Below are positions 51,645-63,303 of a stretch of DNA of 64,000 nucleotides, piece after piece. Both the position numbers and the translations under genes were made by a program. How positions within the stretch are numbered: the stretch's first letter is position 1; each line of letters starts with the position of its first letter. Under the pieces are notes generated by a model. That model was not told the DNA's origin and searched no databases. It worked only from the letters and a program-made list of their open reading frames with translations. This DNA comes from Nitrospirota bacterium (GTDB lineage: Bacteria > Nitrospirota > JACRHJ01): the NCBI GenBank assembly GCA_963733375.1, contig CAVTDB010000025.1, positions 64,001 through 128,000 of the forward strand. The letters are read 5' to 3'.

Positions 51645-52151
51645 TCAGCCCCCTTCTATTGGTCCGCCTTCTATCCAGAGGGTCAGGTTCGCGAACTCTT
51701 TCAGGTAATAGCGGCTCTTCTCCAGGATGTCGTAATGCTCTTCCTCTTCCTGCGCCATGCGTAAAAACATGGACTTCACCGCGGGGTTTTCCGCGTCCTG
51801 GGCCGCGCTTCTATACATCTGATAGCTCTCGGTCTCCTTCTCCATTCCCAGGGAAAGGGCCTCTATATCGTCCGCCGAGGGGGCAACGTGTTCGCCTACA
51901 TGCTCCTTCATATCCGCGAATACCGATTTCAGCTTCTCTTTCGGCATAGGGATATCGAGGTCGGCCGTCACGGGCAGGATATTTTTTTTAAGGCGCTCCA
52001 GCAGGGCTTTGTGGTGCACTTCATACTCGGCCAGCGAGGAAAACATGGCCTTTCCGAGTTTGTCCTTCGTCCGGCTTTCGGCCTGTTTATAAAAATTGTA
52101 ACCGTCCTCCTCCATCTTTATGGCATTGTCCAGCATCTCTTCCGTCTTCAT
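51645..52151 (-). CDS. Ferritin/rubrerythrin-like diiron protein
   Basis: Duplicated E..G..FY / LA..E..H motifs. Confidence 0.88.
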   Translation of the reverse strand: MKTEEMLDNAIKMEEDGYNFYKQAESRTKDKLGKAMFSSLAEYEVHHKALLERLKKNILPVTADLDIPMPKEKLKSVFADMKEHVGEHVAPSADDIEALSLGMEKETESYQMYRSAAQDAENPAVKSMFLRMAQEEEEHYDILEKSRYYLKEFANLTLWIEGGPIEGG

Positions 52152-52419
52152 CGATTATTCCTCCTGTTAAGGATGCGGCTTTTTCTTTTTTAATGATGTA
52201 ACTTAAGAAGTCTTAATAATTTTACCATAATTATTAAATTCTGGCGGGTCAATTTGATTCACGGCCAAAATTAAGCTTAAAACCGTCAGGCGGCCGATAG
52301 GAATTTTTCTTGACAAATAAATAAGCTTTGTGCTATTTTCACGCGTGTAAGTGCTTCTTATACCTTACAAAATCCCTTATGATTCAAGTATAGTCCGAAG
52401 AATTCTCAGGAGTTTGGTT

Positions 52420-53704
52420 GTGCGGAATACAAAGTCGTTGGCCCTTTTCAAGCAGGCCAGGAAATTAATACCCGGAGGGGTGAACTCGCCGGTAAGAGCG
52501 TTCAAGAGCGTCGGGACGGACCCGTTTTTCGTCGAACACGCCAAGGGCTCGAAGATATTCGACGTCGACGGCAATTCCTACATAGACTACGTCCTGTCGT
52601 GGGGCCCGATGATCCTGGGCCACGCGCACCCCGCCGTGGTAAAGGCCTTAAAAAGCGCCGTCTCCCGCGGTACGAGCTACGGCGCCCCCACCGGCCTCGA
52701 AGTAACTCTCGCCAAGATGGTAACGGATGCGGTGAAGTCCATCGAGATGGTCCGGATGGTAAGCTCCGGGACCGAAGCCACTATGTCGGCTATCAGGCTG
52801 GCGCGGGGTTTCACGGGCAGAGATAAGATAATAAAATTCGAAGGCGGCTATCACGGACACGCGGACAGCCTCCTGGTAAAGGCCGGAAGCGGCGCGGCCA
52901 CCTTCGGACTGCCCGACTCTCCCGGCGTGCCCGCCGCCCTGGCGGGACTGACAATAACTTGCCCATATAACGACCTCGGTGCGGTCCAAAAAACATTCGA
53001 AAAAGACGGAAAAAACATCGCCTGCGTGATAGTCGAGCCGGTGGCGGGAAACATGGGCTGCGTGCCGCCCGTGGATGAGTTCCTTCCGGGCCTAAGAGAA
53101 CTGTGCGACAAGCACGGCGCGCTCCTTATCCTCGACGAAGTAATGACCGGGTTCCGTGTCGCCTACGGCGGCGCGCAATCAATTTACAAGATAAAGCCGG
53201 ACTTAACCTGCCTCGGGAAGGTAATCGGCGGCGGTCTGCCCGTCGGCGCGTACGGCGGCAGGGCGGACATAATGGGTCAAATTTCTCCCGATGGCCCGGT
53301 CTACCAGGCCGGTACTCTCTCCGGCAACCCGCTCGCGATGACGGCCGGGATCGAGACCCTGAAGCTCCTCAAACAGCCGGGGGTCTATAAGGAACTGGAA
53401 AAGAAGAGCGCGATGTCTGACGGACTTGCTGAAAGAGGAATTTAAAGGCGCGGGGGTCGAGGCGAGCTTCAACCGCGTGGGCTCCATGTTCACCGTGTTC
53501 TTTACCGGCAAAAAGGTGGAGAATTACGCGGATGCCAAGACCTCCGATACGGTCAGGTTCTCGAAGTTTTTCAGGGGAATGTTATCGGGCGGCGTGAACC
53601 TCGCGCCGTCCCAGTTCGAGGCGGCGTTCATGTCGCTTGCGCACAGCGACACGGATATCAGGAAGACGGCAAGGGCGGCAGCGGCTGCCCTGACAAACAT
53701 CTAA
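52420..53704 (+). CDS. hemL: Glutamate-1-semialdehyde 2,1-aminomutase, frameshifted
   Basis: [54 protein letters not shown] start after AGGAG. Confidence 0.97.
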
Positions 53705-53735
53705 TAATGCGAAAACAACCGGGGAGGGAAGGTCG

Positions 53736-54710
53736 ATGTTCAAGGCTTTCAAGGAAGGGCTGACCATTAAAGCAATCGTTGCTTTAGCGGCGGTATTGCT
53801 GATCTTTTTATCCGTCGGCGGATACGGGGCGTTCCGGCTCTGGGACTACAAGGAGAATAACCCCAGCTTCTGCACGGGCTGCCATCTTATGTCTGAGGCG
53901 TTTCATAAGTGGTCCGTATCGGAGCATAAGGGCGTAAACTGCCATGAATGCCACCACCTGACCCTCATGGAGCAGAACCAGCTGATGGTATCCCTGGTGC
54001 TGCACAACCCCAAGGTGGTCCCGGCGAGGCATGGCAAAGTTATCGTGCCCTGGGAATACTGCGTGAAATGCCATTGGGAAACGGACCCCAAATATCCCAA
54101 TGCCCCCAAGATAAGCGATTCCCCCGTGCATGCCAAGCACTTCTTCGCCGAGAAGCTCGAATGCTCGGGCTGCCACGGCTATAGACTGCACCAGTTCACG
54201 GTTGAACCCCGGTACTGCGTGAAATGCCATCCGAACAACGCCGAGGTACATGGCATGGAAGGCATGGCGTGCCTCGCCTGCCATACCGATAAAACAGTCA
54301 ACTTGAAGCCCAACCGCGACAAATGCCTCACCTGCCACGGAGACGCCGAGCAGAGGGCGATAATCGCCGCGGAACCCAAGACGGTGGATACCAGGCACTT
54401 CACGGCTACGGCGGACGAGATAGCCATTGCGTCGAAGCTCACCACCTTCCCCAAGGACGGCGCGATGAAGTTCGACTGCAACATGTGCCATAAGCCGCAC
54501 GGCAAGCTGAAGTTGTCAGTTCCGACGGACTGTATACCCTGCCACAGGAACATAATGACAACCGGCAAACATGCCGCGCACCTCGGGATGGGGCTTAAGT
54601 GCCTCGACTGCCACAAGCCGCACCTCTGGAAGGTGACGAAGGAGATGGGCAAGTCCGATAAGTGCACGAAGTGCCACGGGCCCGTGGACCCGGCGAACTT
54701 CCTGCTGTAA
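53736..54710 (+). CDS. Membrane-anchored 11-heme cytochrome c (NapC/NirT-like N-terminus)
   Basis: N-terminal TM; 11 CxxCH counted; paralog of 31774..32671. Confidence 0.92.
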   Translation: MFKAFKEGLTIKAIVALAAVLLIFLSVGGYGAFRLWDYKENNPSFCTGCHLMSEAFHKWSVSEHKGVNCHECHHLTLMEQNQLMVSLVLHNPKVVPARHGKVIVPWEYCVKCHWETDPKYPNAPKISDSPVHAKHFFAEKLECSGCHGYRLHQFTVEPRYCVKCHPNNAEVHGMEGMACLACHTDKTVNLKPNRDKCLTCHGDAEQRAIIAAEPKTVDTRHFTATADEIAIASKLTTFPKDGAMKFDCNMCHKPHGKLKLSVPTDCIPCHRNIMTTGKHAAHLGMGLKCLDCHKPHLWKVTKEMGKSDKCTKCHGPVDPANFLL

Positions 54711-54736
54711 TAAGGGGCATGGTCAGCGTTCTGATA

Positions 54737-54827
54737 ACCCCCTCACCCTACCCCCTCCCGCAAGGGGCGAGGGAGCAGGGTGCGAAGCTAACTTAGGGGG
54801 GACCCATCCGGTGAGCCGGGTGGGTCC
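54737..54827. repeat. REP-like family B element plus GC hairpin
   Basis: CCCCTCACCCTACCCCCTCCCGCAAGGGGCGAGGGAG; GGACCCATCCGG..CCGGGTGGGTCC. Confidence 0.7.
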
Positions 54828-54836
54828 TTGATTTTA

Positions 54837-55127
54837 ATGGAAGACAAAGACAAAGAGTTCTGGCGCAATATGTATCAGCTGGCCGCGATGGGTATAAACC
54901 TCGTGGCCGCCACCTTCATAGGTCTTTTCATGGGGTGGGCGATAGATAACTGGCTGACTCCGAAACTGAACTGGCATACCTCGCCGTGGTTCACCCTTGT
55001 CTTCCTCCTTTTCGGGATAATCGCGGGATTCAGGAATATGTTCAGTATGGCAAAGAAGACGGACGTACCCGACGATCCGAGCCAGGAAAAGGGCAATTTT
55101 CGGGATAAGGACAGCGACCATTTTTAG
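54837..55127 (+). CDS. atpZ: AtpZ/AtpI-family (ATPase gene 1) membrane protein
   Basis: MGINLVAATFIGLFMGWAIDNW...PWFTLVFLLFGIIAGFRN. Confidence 0.85.
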   Translation: MEDKDKEFWRNMYQLAAMGINLVAATFIGLFMGWAIDNWLTPKLNWHTSPWFTLVFLLFGIIAGFRNMFSMAKKTDVPDDPSQEKGNFRDKDSDHF

Positions 55128-55133
55128 GGCAAC

Positions 55134-55545
55134 ATGATAGCCGCGAATAAAAAACACCTGATAAAGGTCGCGACGCTGGGGCGGCGGACTCTCCGTAGTC
55201 TTCGCCGCGTTAAGCCTTATCAAGTTTCCGCCCGTAGTCGCCGCCAGCATCCTTACCGGCGCCGTCTTGTCCATCTTCAATATCTACTCGATCGTGACGA
55301 TGGTGGAGGCCCTGGCCGGCGCGGCCGTGTCCGATAAATCCGCCGGACGGGCCGCAAAAGCGCTTTCCACCCTCCTGCACCTCGTAAAATTTCTGATTTT
55401 GCTTGCCCTGCTGTTCCTTCTCGTGGTATATAAGTTAACGAATCTTTTTGCATTGGCGTTTGGTTTTACCGTCGTCCTCTTCGCAAACTTAAGCGCGGGA
55501 CTTTCCGGGCTTAAGGAGGGCGGCCAAAGCGGCACCCGGCAGTAG
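55134..55545 (+). CDS. atpI: ATP synthase protein I, frameshifted
   Basis: 4-TM pattern SILTGAVLSIFN...KFLILL...FGFTV directly after atpZ. Confidence 0.65.
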
Positions 55546-55635
55546 TTCAGGCGCAATGTTGAAGACGGTTCATTTGTCGCGTATTCAGGCGGCCCCGGCC
55601 GCAATATAGTTTGGCCCGGCAGTAGTTAAAGCCTA

Positions 55636-56424
55636 ATGTTAAGCAGCACATTCTCCATATTCCCCGGTATCGGCCCCCGCCTTGAGAGATATCTCTGGCG
55701 GACCGGCGTCCTCACTTGGGAAGACTTCCTCTCCTCCGATAAAATCGCTGGATTTTCCTGTCAGAGAAAGACCTTGCTGGACGGCTACGTCCTGGACGCT
55801 TTATGCGCCTTAAGGGCTGGAAATATCCTGTATTTTCAGCCGCTTTTAGGCCCCGGCGGTCTCTGGCGGCTCTGGGACCTGCTTGGCGAAGACGCCCTGT
55901 GCATGGACATAGAGACGGACGGCAAAAACGCCGAGTCGGGCGAGGTCACGGTGGTCGGTTTTTATTCGAACGGCGAGTACCGGCCGTACGTCCTGGGCAG
56001 GAACTTGAACCGGGACGACATCCAGCGGGAGATCGAGGACGCGAAACTTCTCGTAACCTTTGCGGGCAGTACCTTCGATATCCCTTATCTGAAGGCGTTT
56101 TATCCGGGGCTTCGGGTGGACGTGCCGCACCTGGACCTCTGCCCGGCCGGGCATAAAGCCGGGCTGAAGGGCGGCCTCAAGAAGGTGGAGAAGCTGGTGG
56201 GGATCGCCCGCCCGGACGAGGTGGAAGGCTTAGGCGGCTATCAGGCCGTCCTGCTCTGGCAGGCGCATATGCGCGGCAGGGAAGGGGCGCTTGAAACACT
56301 CGTCGCCTACAACCGCGAGGATACCGAGAACCTCCACACCCTGGCCTCGAAAATCTACGACATGCTTTTCTCGGTTTCGGGGCTTCCCGGGTTCGCGCCC
56401 GGCGCCCTGGTCAAATCCCCCTAA
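55636..56424 (+). CDS. RNase H-like (YprB-type) exonuclease
   Basis: DIETDG, VTFAGSTFDIP, HLDL, GGLKKVE, YNRED. Confidence 0.88.
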   Translation: MLSSTFSIFPGIGPRLERYLWRTGVLTWEDFLSSDKIAGFSCQRKTLLDGYVLDALCALRAGNILYFQPLLGPGGLWRLWDLLGEDALCMDIETDGKNAESGEVTVVGFYSNGEYRPYVLGRNLNRDDIQREIEDAKLLVTFAGSTFDIPYLKAFYPGLRVDVPHLDLCPAGHKAGLKGGLKKVEKLVGIARPDEVEGLGGYQAVLLWQAHMRGREGALETLVAYNREDTENLHTLASKIYDMLFSVSGLPGFAPGALVKSP

Positions 56425-56447
56425 CGATATCGGAGAATTTGCGTCAG

Positions 56448-57229
56448 ATGATAAAAAAGCTGTTTCTGCCTCTCATCTTCTCACTTATCCTCTTCCCGGC
56501 TTTGTCCCATGCCGGTGAAAAATCTTCCGCGTCCCCGCGCCGCCCCCGCCGCCTCCCATGAGCGAGAAGGCGCGGTTCGACCATGCCCTCGGGCTGTACA
56601 TGCAGGGCAAGCTTCGGCGGCGTCGGACGAGTTCCTTTCATACCTGAAGGACTTTCGCGAAGGCGAGCACGCCGACGACTCGCTTTACTGGCTGGGGAAG
56701 TACCGGGAACTGACCGGAAAATTCGGCGAGGCCGCGGTCATGCTGCGCCGTGCGATTAACGACTTCCCCGCGAGCGACATCGCCGCGTCCATACAGTTTG
56801 AGCTCGGGTACTGCCTGTACTCTCCGACAAAACCCGGACAGGGACCTGCCGAAGGCTTTCGCGGAGTTTATGAAGGTCCCCTCCTTGTATCAGGGCGACC
56901 CAGTCGTCCCCCAGTCATTATATTATGCGGCAAAGTGCCAGATGGGGCTTAGTGAATTCATGAAGGCGCGGGAAATTTTCGCGTCGTATTGCCGCGAAAT
57001 TCCCCGATTCCCCGTATGCGGCCCCCGCCCTTTACAGCCTTGGCCAGATTTCTCTTACGGAAGGAAATTCGGACGAGGCCAAAGGCGCGTTCAAGACCCT
57101 CCTTGACCGTTATCCCGCCGGGCTGTATTCGAATGAAGCCGCCGCCGCGATAAGATCGGCCGCGAGCGCCGGTGAGAAAAAAGGGCTGGCGGCGGTCAAA
57201 CTCTTCCCGCGACATCACGCTGAAATAAT
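56448..57229 (+). CDS. Exported TPR protein (BamD/CpoB-like), heavily frameshifted
   Basis: Signal-like start MIKKLFL; repeats ADDSLYWLG, IQFELG, SLYYAAKC, ALYSLG. End approximate. Confidence 0.65.
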
Positions 57230-57237
57230 CTTCTTCT

Positions 57238-58686
57238 ATGAAAAACCTCACGTTGACGGCCATTATTGCCTCATTCCTGATATCCTTTGCCTCCCCGGGG
57301 TTTGCCGACACCGCCTGGACGGCAGGCCCCTTTCCCTACGTCGCCCGCGGCCGCCCTGCCTGTCCCGCTTAAAAATCTCTCTTCCGTTACCCCTGCGCCT
57401 GCCAATGTACCCGGCGAAGGGACGCTGGTCTGCAACTGCGACCCGGCGGGCGCGGAGGTTTATCTGAACGGGATATCGATAGGCGAGGCCCCCTTGCGCA
57501 AGGAACACATCAAGGCAGGGGTCTATACCCTGACTTTCAAAAGCCCGGGATACGAGGACTCCACCGAGACAATAACCATCAAAAAAGGCGTGATCTTGAC
57601 GATGGAAGAAAAAATGGCGCAGGCGCGGGGCAGCATAAAGCTGGACTCGGTCCCCCAGGGCGCGTCCGTGCTGCTTGACGGGAAGGCGGCGGGAGTTACG
57701 CCTGTAACGCTTACCCATGTTTCGGGCGGGAAGCATAAGATATCCTTCGAGAAGGATTACTTCGAGCCGTCGGAGCAATCCGGTGGATACCCTGCCCGGC
57801 GCGAGCAAGGAAATTCACGCCCAGCTCAAAAGACGGCTCCTGTTAATAAATATCGAAGGCGGGGCCGGGTCAGCGGCGCAGAAGGCCCTGGGCCAGCTTC
57901 AAGGGCTCGATATCATCCCGACCCCCATAGACACGCTTAAAGAGATTTTATGCTCGAGAGAACTGGACCCGGCGTCGCTTGAGTTCTTGAGCTGCATAAA
58001 AATGAAACTGGACCTGGAAGACTCCGCCGTCCTGGCCAGCCTGCTGGAGCAGGAGCGTTCGGAGCTTGCCCTGGCGATTTCCGAAAAACCGGACGGCGAC
58101 GGAAAAGTAGTTACCTTATCCCTTTACTGCTCTCATTCGACGTTCCCGGACGTAATCAATATCCGCTGCAAGGACGAAAGCCAGCTGGAAGAGGGCCTGG
58201 GCCGGTTCATCAGCCAGTGGCAAGCTCAAGCCCTGGCCGACATGGATGGCGGCGGGGACGAAGGGGGGCAGCTCAGGCCGCGCCCGCCGAGTTGGCGAGG
58301 CCGCGCCCGAGGACAGTCAATATCTCTTCAACCTTGCGCTGGTGCTGGTCTCCGAGAAGCAGAGCCCGGACACCGGAGAAAAGATTACCCTTGGAAACGC
58401 TTATCTCCGGGCGGGTCAGTACGTTAAGGCGCTCAAGGCCTATCAGGAGGTAAAGCCGGAGCCCGGGCGCGGGATATGCCGGGGCACGGCGCTTTACCGC
58501 ATGGCCCAGGCCTACGAGAAGATGGGCCTCTGGACGCAGGCCGCAAGCTCTTACAGGGAGCTCTGCATCCTTTATCCTGACGCGACCCTTATCTCCTCAA
58601 AAGGCCCCAGGGCCGCCCCGCTCGCAAAAGAGCGGCTCAAGGCCCTTTACAACCTGGGGCTTGTAAAAGAGCGCTGGTGGCTGTAA
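57238..58686 (+). CDS. Exported PEGA-domain + TPR protein, frameshifted
   Basis: Signal peptide; two PEGA repeats (DPAGAEVYLNG, SVPQGASVLLDG); C-terminal TPR. Confidence 0.75.
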
Positions 58687-58812
58687 AACAGGCCCTTCCA
58701 ACCAGCCACCCTCCCGGATAAAAATTAATTGATTAACTGCCGATGTTATGATAAATTTAACATTTTTGAGGGTTTCTGTCTTCGCTACCGCTCTGGACAG
58801 GTAAATCTTTTC

Positions 58813-58895
58813 GCGAGAGTGGCGGAACTGGCAGACGCGCCGGACTTAGGATCCGGTGGGCAACCATGGGGGTTCAAGTCCCCCCTCTCGCACCA
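58813..58895 (+). tRNA. tRNA-Leu (TAG)
   Basis: GCGAGAGTGGCGGAACTGGCAGACGCG-CCGGA-CT-TAG-GA-TCCGG...GGTTCAAGTCC...CGCACCA. Confidence 0.97.
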
Positions 58896-58923
58896 TCCGG
58901 GCGCGCTCAAAGGCTGTAAACCT

Positions 58924-59016
58924 GTTACCTTTTTGGAAAAAGGTAACGCCAAAAACTTTTAGACTAAAACCCCGCTTTCTTTTGTGTTACTTTTCTTTCT
59001 CCGAAAGAAAAGTAAC
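58924..59016. repeat. Repeat family A copy (inverted relative to the others)
   Basis: GTTACCTTTTT..AAAAAGGTAAC-GCCAAAAACTTTT...CGCTTTCTTTTGT-GTTACTTTTCTTTC..GAAAGAAAAGTAAC. Confidence 0.9.
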
Positions 59017-59045
59017 GATTTTCCAAACAGGAGACGATAACAAAA

Positions 59046-60341
59046 ATGAAATTCGAAGTCGAAGACCTTGGAGCTACGAAGAAACGCCTGAAGGTGGAGA
59101 TATCCGCGGACGATGTCGAAAAAGCCCTGAACAAGGCCTACGCGGAATTAAATAAATCCGTCAAGATAGAGGGCTTCCGTCCGGGACATGCGCCCAAGGG
59201 GATACTGGAAAAACGCTACGGGAAGGGCGTCGAGGCGGACATGCTGGAAAAACTGATACCGGCGCATTACTTCCAGGCGGCCCAGGAGGCGGGTATAATC
59301 CCGGTGGACAACCCCAAGTTCGACGAAGGGAATTTCGAGATAAAGAAAGGCCAGCCTATTTCTTTTGTGGCTGAGGTGGAGGTCCGTCCGGAAATCGCGC
59401 TCTCTGAATACAAGGAGATAGAGGTCCCGGAAGAGGAGCTTACCGTCTCGGAGGAAGAAGTTTCCGAGGCGTTGGAAGAGCTGCGCGACGTGAATTCCAC
59501 GCTGGAAACGCTTGTCGAGGACCGTCCGTCGGTGGACGGCGATTACGCCGTGATAGATTTCGAAGGCTTCGTCGGCGGCGCCCCCATACAAGGGGGAAAG
59601 GCGGAAAACTACGCGCTTAACTTAGGCTCCGGGAGCTTCATCCCCGGTTTCGAAGAACAGATAACCGGGATGAAAAAAGGGGATGAACGGGAGATTAAAG
59701 TCACTTTCCCCGAAAATTACAAGAACAGGGAACTGGCCGGAAAGGAAGCGGCTTTCAAGATAAAGCTGAGCGAGATAAAGAAGAAGGTCCTGCCGGCGCT
59801 GGACGACGATTTCGCGAAGGATACCCGGATCGCCTCGACCCTTGAAGAAATGAAGGCGGCGGTGCGTGAAGATATACTGGCGCACAAGCGCCGGGGCTTA
59901 ATCGAGAAGCAGAAGGACAAGGTAATGGAGGAGCTTGGGAAGCGTAACGACTTCGAGCTTCCGGCCTCTTTGGTGGACAGGGAGTTCAAGGCGCTTCAGG
60001 CGAGGCACAGGCGCGAACTGCTCTCCTCCGGCATGAAGGCCGAGGAGGCCGGGGAGGAGATGAAGCGCTTCGAGGAGGAGGCCAAAAAAGCGGCCGCCGA
60101 CCGTGTGAAAGTGTCCCTGGTGCTTGCGACTATATCGGACAGGGAAGGGATAATAATTTCCGACGCCGAGCTTGAGGTGGGAATACACAGGCTTGCCGCC
60201 CAGACGGGACAAAGCGCCAAGGATTTGAAGGAGTTATATCTTAGGCGGGAGGGCGGCCTGGAGGCCCTGAGAGGCATGCTGGGCGAGGAAAAGGTGCTGG
60301 AATTCGTGCTTTCCCAGACAAAAAAGGTTAAAGCGGCCTAG
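59046..60341 (+). CDS. tig: Trigger factor
   Basis: GFRPGHAP, IDFEG, FIPGFEEQ, VTFPENY, LDDDFAK. Confidence 0.96.
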   Translation: MKFEVEDLGATKKRLKVEISADDVEKALNKAYAELNKSVKIEGFRPGHAPKGILEKRYGKGVEADMLEKLIPAHYFQAAQEAGIIPVDNPKFDEGNFEIKKGQPISFVAEVEVRPEIALSEYKEIEVPEEELTVSEEEVSEALEELRDVNSTLETLVEDRPSVDGDYAVIDFEGFVGGAPIQGGKAENYALNLGSGSFIPGFEEQITGMKKGDEREIKVTFPENYKNRELAGKEAAFKIKLSEIKKKVLPALDDDFAKDTRIASTLEEMKAAVREDILAHKRRGLIEKQKDKVMEELGKRNDFELPASLVDREFKALQARHRRELLSSGMKAEEAGEEMKRFEEEAKKAAADRVKVSLVLATISDREGIIISDAELEVGIHRLAAQTGQSAKDLKELYLRREGGLEALRGMLGEEKVLEFVLSQTKKVKAA

Positions 60342-60467
60342 ACCGGGTCCCCTGAAATTCTTTTTTTAAGGTAAAATTAAGTTGTGGGCGTTGCTTTTCC
60401 GCCTGAAATAGATTAGAATACATAGGAATTGCTTAAAGTAAATTCCGCTGATTTCCTGGAGGACTTA

Positions 60468-61067
60468 ATGCTCATCCCTTACGTCATAGAGCAGACCGCA
60501 CGCGGCGAGAGGGCCTACGATATCTATTCGCGCCTGCTCAAGGACAGGATAATATTCCTGGGCACCGCAATAGACGACGACGTGGCCAACGCAATAATCG
60601 CCCAGCTCCTGTTCCTCGAAGCGGACGACCCGGACAAGGAAATACATCTGTACGTCAATAGCCCCGGCGGCGTCGTGACTGCCGGGCTCGCGATATTCGA
60701 CACCATGAACTACGTCCGGGCCCCGGTTTCCACGATCTGCCTGGGCCAGGCCGCCAGCATGGGAGCGCTGCTTCTGGCGGCGGGCGAGAAGGGGCGGCGG
60801 TTCTCGCTCCCGAATTCGAGGATCATGATACACCAGCCCTCGGCGGGGTTCCAGGGCCAGGCGACGGACATCGACATCCACGCAAGAGAGATACTGAGGA
60901 TGAAAGAGGCCTTGAACCAGATACTCGCCAAGGCCACCGGACAGAGCCTTGAAAAGATCGCGGATGATACGGACCGGGACTTCTTCATGAGCGGGATTCA
61001 GGCCAAGGATTACGGCCTGATAGACGCCGTCATCGAGAGGCTGCCGGATACGCCGGCAAAGTTATAA
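60468..61067 (+). CDS. clpP: ATP-dependent Clp protease proteolytic subunit
   Basis: [26 protein letters not shown]. Confidence 0.98.
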   Translation: MLIPYVIEQTARGERAYDIYSRLLKDRIIFLGTAIDDDVANAIIAQLLFLEADDPDKEIHLYVNSPGGVVTAGLAIFDTMNYVRAPVSTICLGQAASMGALLLAAGEKGRRFSLPNSRIMIHQPSAGFQGQATDIDIHAREILRMKEALNQILAKATGQSLEKIADDTDRDFFMSGIQAKDYGLIDAVIERLPDTPAKL

Positions 61068-61122
61068 CCCCCTTCGGGGGCAGCAGCACCCGCACTAAAC
61101 GGCAGTAGGAGGTTCTTTACAA

Positions 61123-62379
61123 ATGGAGAAGAAAACCGAAAACGACAAGGCGGCGCACCACTGTTCTTTCTGCGGAAAGAGCCAGGACGAGGTCAAGAAG
61201 CTTATAGCGGGCCCGACCGTCTTCATTTGCGATGAGTGTATAGAGCTTTGCAACGACATTGTGGCGGAGGAATGGGACGAGGAGCGCGCCTCCGGAATGC
61301 CCAAACTCCCCAAGCCCGTGGAGATCAAGCGTTTCCTGGACGAGTACGTCATCGGCCAGGAGCGCGCCAAGAAGATACTCTCGGTCGCGGTCCACAACCA
61401 CTACAAACGCATATCGACGCCTGTAACCGAACTGGACGACGTAGAGCTCCAGAAATCCAACATACTGCTTATCGGCCCCACCGGCGTGGGCAAGACACTG
61501 CTCGCGCAGACCCTGGCCCGGATGCTGGATGTGCCTTTCACAATCGCGGACGCCACGACCTTGACCGAGGCCGGGTACGTCGGCGAGGACGTCGAGAACA
61601 TAGTTTTAAAACTCCTCCAGGCGGCTGACTACGACGCCGAGCGCGCGCAGAGGGGCATCATCTATATCGACGAGATAGACAAGATATCGCGCAAGTCGGA
61701 GAACCCGTCCATCACCCGCGACGTATCCGGCGAAGGAGTACAGCAGGCGCTCCTGAAAATAATTGAAGGTACGGTCGCCTCAGTGCCCCCGCAAGGTGGT
61801 AGAAAACACCCGCACCAGGAGTTCATCCAGGTGGACACCTCCAACATCCTGTTCGTCTGCGGCGGCGCGTTCGTCGGCCTCGACAAGATAATAGAACACC
61901 GGGGCGGCGATAAAGTGATGGGCTTCGGCGCGGAAGTCCGCTCGAAAAAGGAGAAGGGAGTCGGCGAGGTCCTGGCCGCAGTCCAGCCCGAAGACCTTTT
62001 GAAGTTCGGCATGATACCGGAGTTCATAGGCAGGGTCCCCGTTCTCGCCACTTTAGTGGAGCTGGACGAGGAGGCTCTGGTCCGGATACTCACGGAGCCT
62101 AAGAACTCGCTCATCAAGCAGTACCAGAAGCTCCTGATGATGGAGGGCGTGAAGCTCAAGTTCACTGAAGGCGCGATGAAGGCCATAGCCAAGAAGGCCG
62201 TCACCCGCAAGACCGGCGCCCGCGGCCTTCGGGCGATACTGGAAGAGGTAATGCTCGACCTCATGTACGACGTGCCTTCCCAGCAGAACGTGAAGGAAGT
62301 CGTCATAAACGAAGAGGTAATCAACAGCCGCGAAGCCGCGATATTCCTCTACGAAAAAGAGGAAAAAGAGGCCTCCTAA
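61123..62379 (+). CDS. clpX: Clp protease ATP-binding subunit
   Basis: CSFCGK zinc finger, [32 protein letters not shown]. Confidence 0.98.
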   Translation: MEKKTENDKAAHHCSFCGKSQDEVKKLIAGPTVFICDECIELCNDIVAEEWDEERASGMPKLPKPVEIKRFLDEYVIGQERAKKILSVAVHNHYKRISTPVTELDDVELQKSNILLIGPTGVGKTLLAQTLARMLDVPFTIADATTLTEAGYVGEDVENIVLKLLQAADYDAERAQRGIIYIDEIDKISRKSENPSITRDVSGEGVQQALLKIIEGTVASVPPQGGRKHPHQEFIQVDTSNILFVCGGAFVGLDKIIEHRGGDKVMGFGAEVRSKKEKGVGEVLAAVQPEDLLKFGMIPEFIGRVPVLATLVELDEEALVRILTEPKNSLIKQYQKLLMMEGVKLKFTEGAMKAIAKKAVTRKTGARGLRAILEEVMLDLMYDVPSQQNVKEVVINEEVINSREAAIFLYEKEEKEAS

Positions 62380-62424
62380 AGGGGGCCGGATGGCCGGGCG
62401 GAGCGAGACCTGCTTAAAAGATAA

Positions 62425-62456
62425 TAAAAAGGCGGCCTGATGGCGCCTTTTTTATT
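62425..62456 (+). terminator. Terminator after clpX
   Basis: AAAAAGGCG-gcctgatgg-CGCCTTTTTTATTT. Confidence 0.75.
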
Positions 62457-62467
62457 TGGGCAACTGC

Positions 62468-62496
62468 TTGACGCCCAACCCGCCCCCTGCTAAACT
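62468..62496 (+). promoter_or_regulatory. sigma70-type promoter
   Basis: TTGACG-17nt-TAAACT with extended TG. Confidence 0.6.
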
Positions 62497-62570
62497 CTAT
62501 GCATATCAATCGGATAGTTACAGCAATTTTAGAATATGCCATAACGGCAAACAGATGCGAAGGGTAACCA

Positions 62571-63282
62571 TTGCGCATTAAATTAAAGGCGCGCCGCGTT
62601 GAAACGAACGACGTGATGTCGTTCATTTTCGACTGGGCGGCCAACCGCTTGAATACAGCCCCGGGCAGTTCTTACATTATGAACTCGATACCCTCGCATT
62701 TCCCGATGAGCGCGGCAATCGCAGACATTTCACCATATCAAGCTCGCCCACCGAAGAAGGGATCGTGATGTTCACGACGAAAATCCGGGGCAGCGGTTTT
62801 AAGGAAACACTGCGGCAGGCGCCGATAGGATTTGAGCTCACCTGCGAATCTCCCGAGGGCGAATTTGTCTTGCGCGAGGGAGAAGCAAATAAGCGGCATG
62901 TCTTTATCGCCGGGGGAATAGGCGTAACGCCTTACCGTTCTATCTTGCGCTACAGGGCGGACACGCACGAGCCTCTTAGACGCGCTCCTTTTGAACTTCA
63001 ACCGTTCCTCAGCAGACATAGTGTTTCGCCGGGAACTGGAGGACATAGCGCGGCAGATGCCGACTTTTTCATTCGTTAACGTGCTCACGGAGCCGGAAGA
63101 AGGCTGGAAGGCCCGCGAGGGAAATTAGATGAAGCGGTACTTCGCGAGTGGACGCCTGACCCGCGATGGAGCGCTTTTCTGGGTGAGCGGCCCCCCGGGA
63201 TGGTAGCGGGTGCAGGGAACTTCTCGGACAGATAGGCGTCGATAGCAAAAACATCCGCACCGAGAGATTCATGGGCTATTAA
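62571..63282 (+). CDS. FNR-like FAD/NAD(P)H oxidoreductase, frameshifted
   Basis: PGQF, RHFTISSSP (shifted frame), IAGGIGVTP, VSGPPGM, terminal FMGY. Confidence 0.85.
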
Positions 63283-63303
63283 TTCAACCTGAAGGAGGAC
63301 AGT

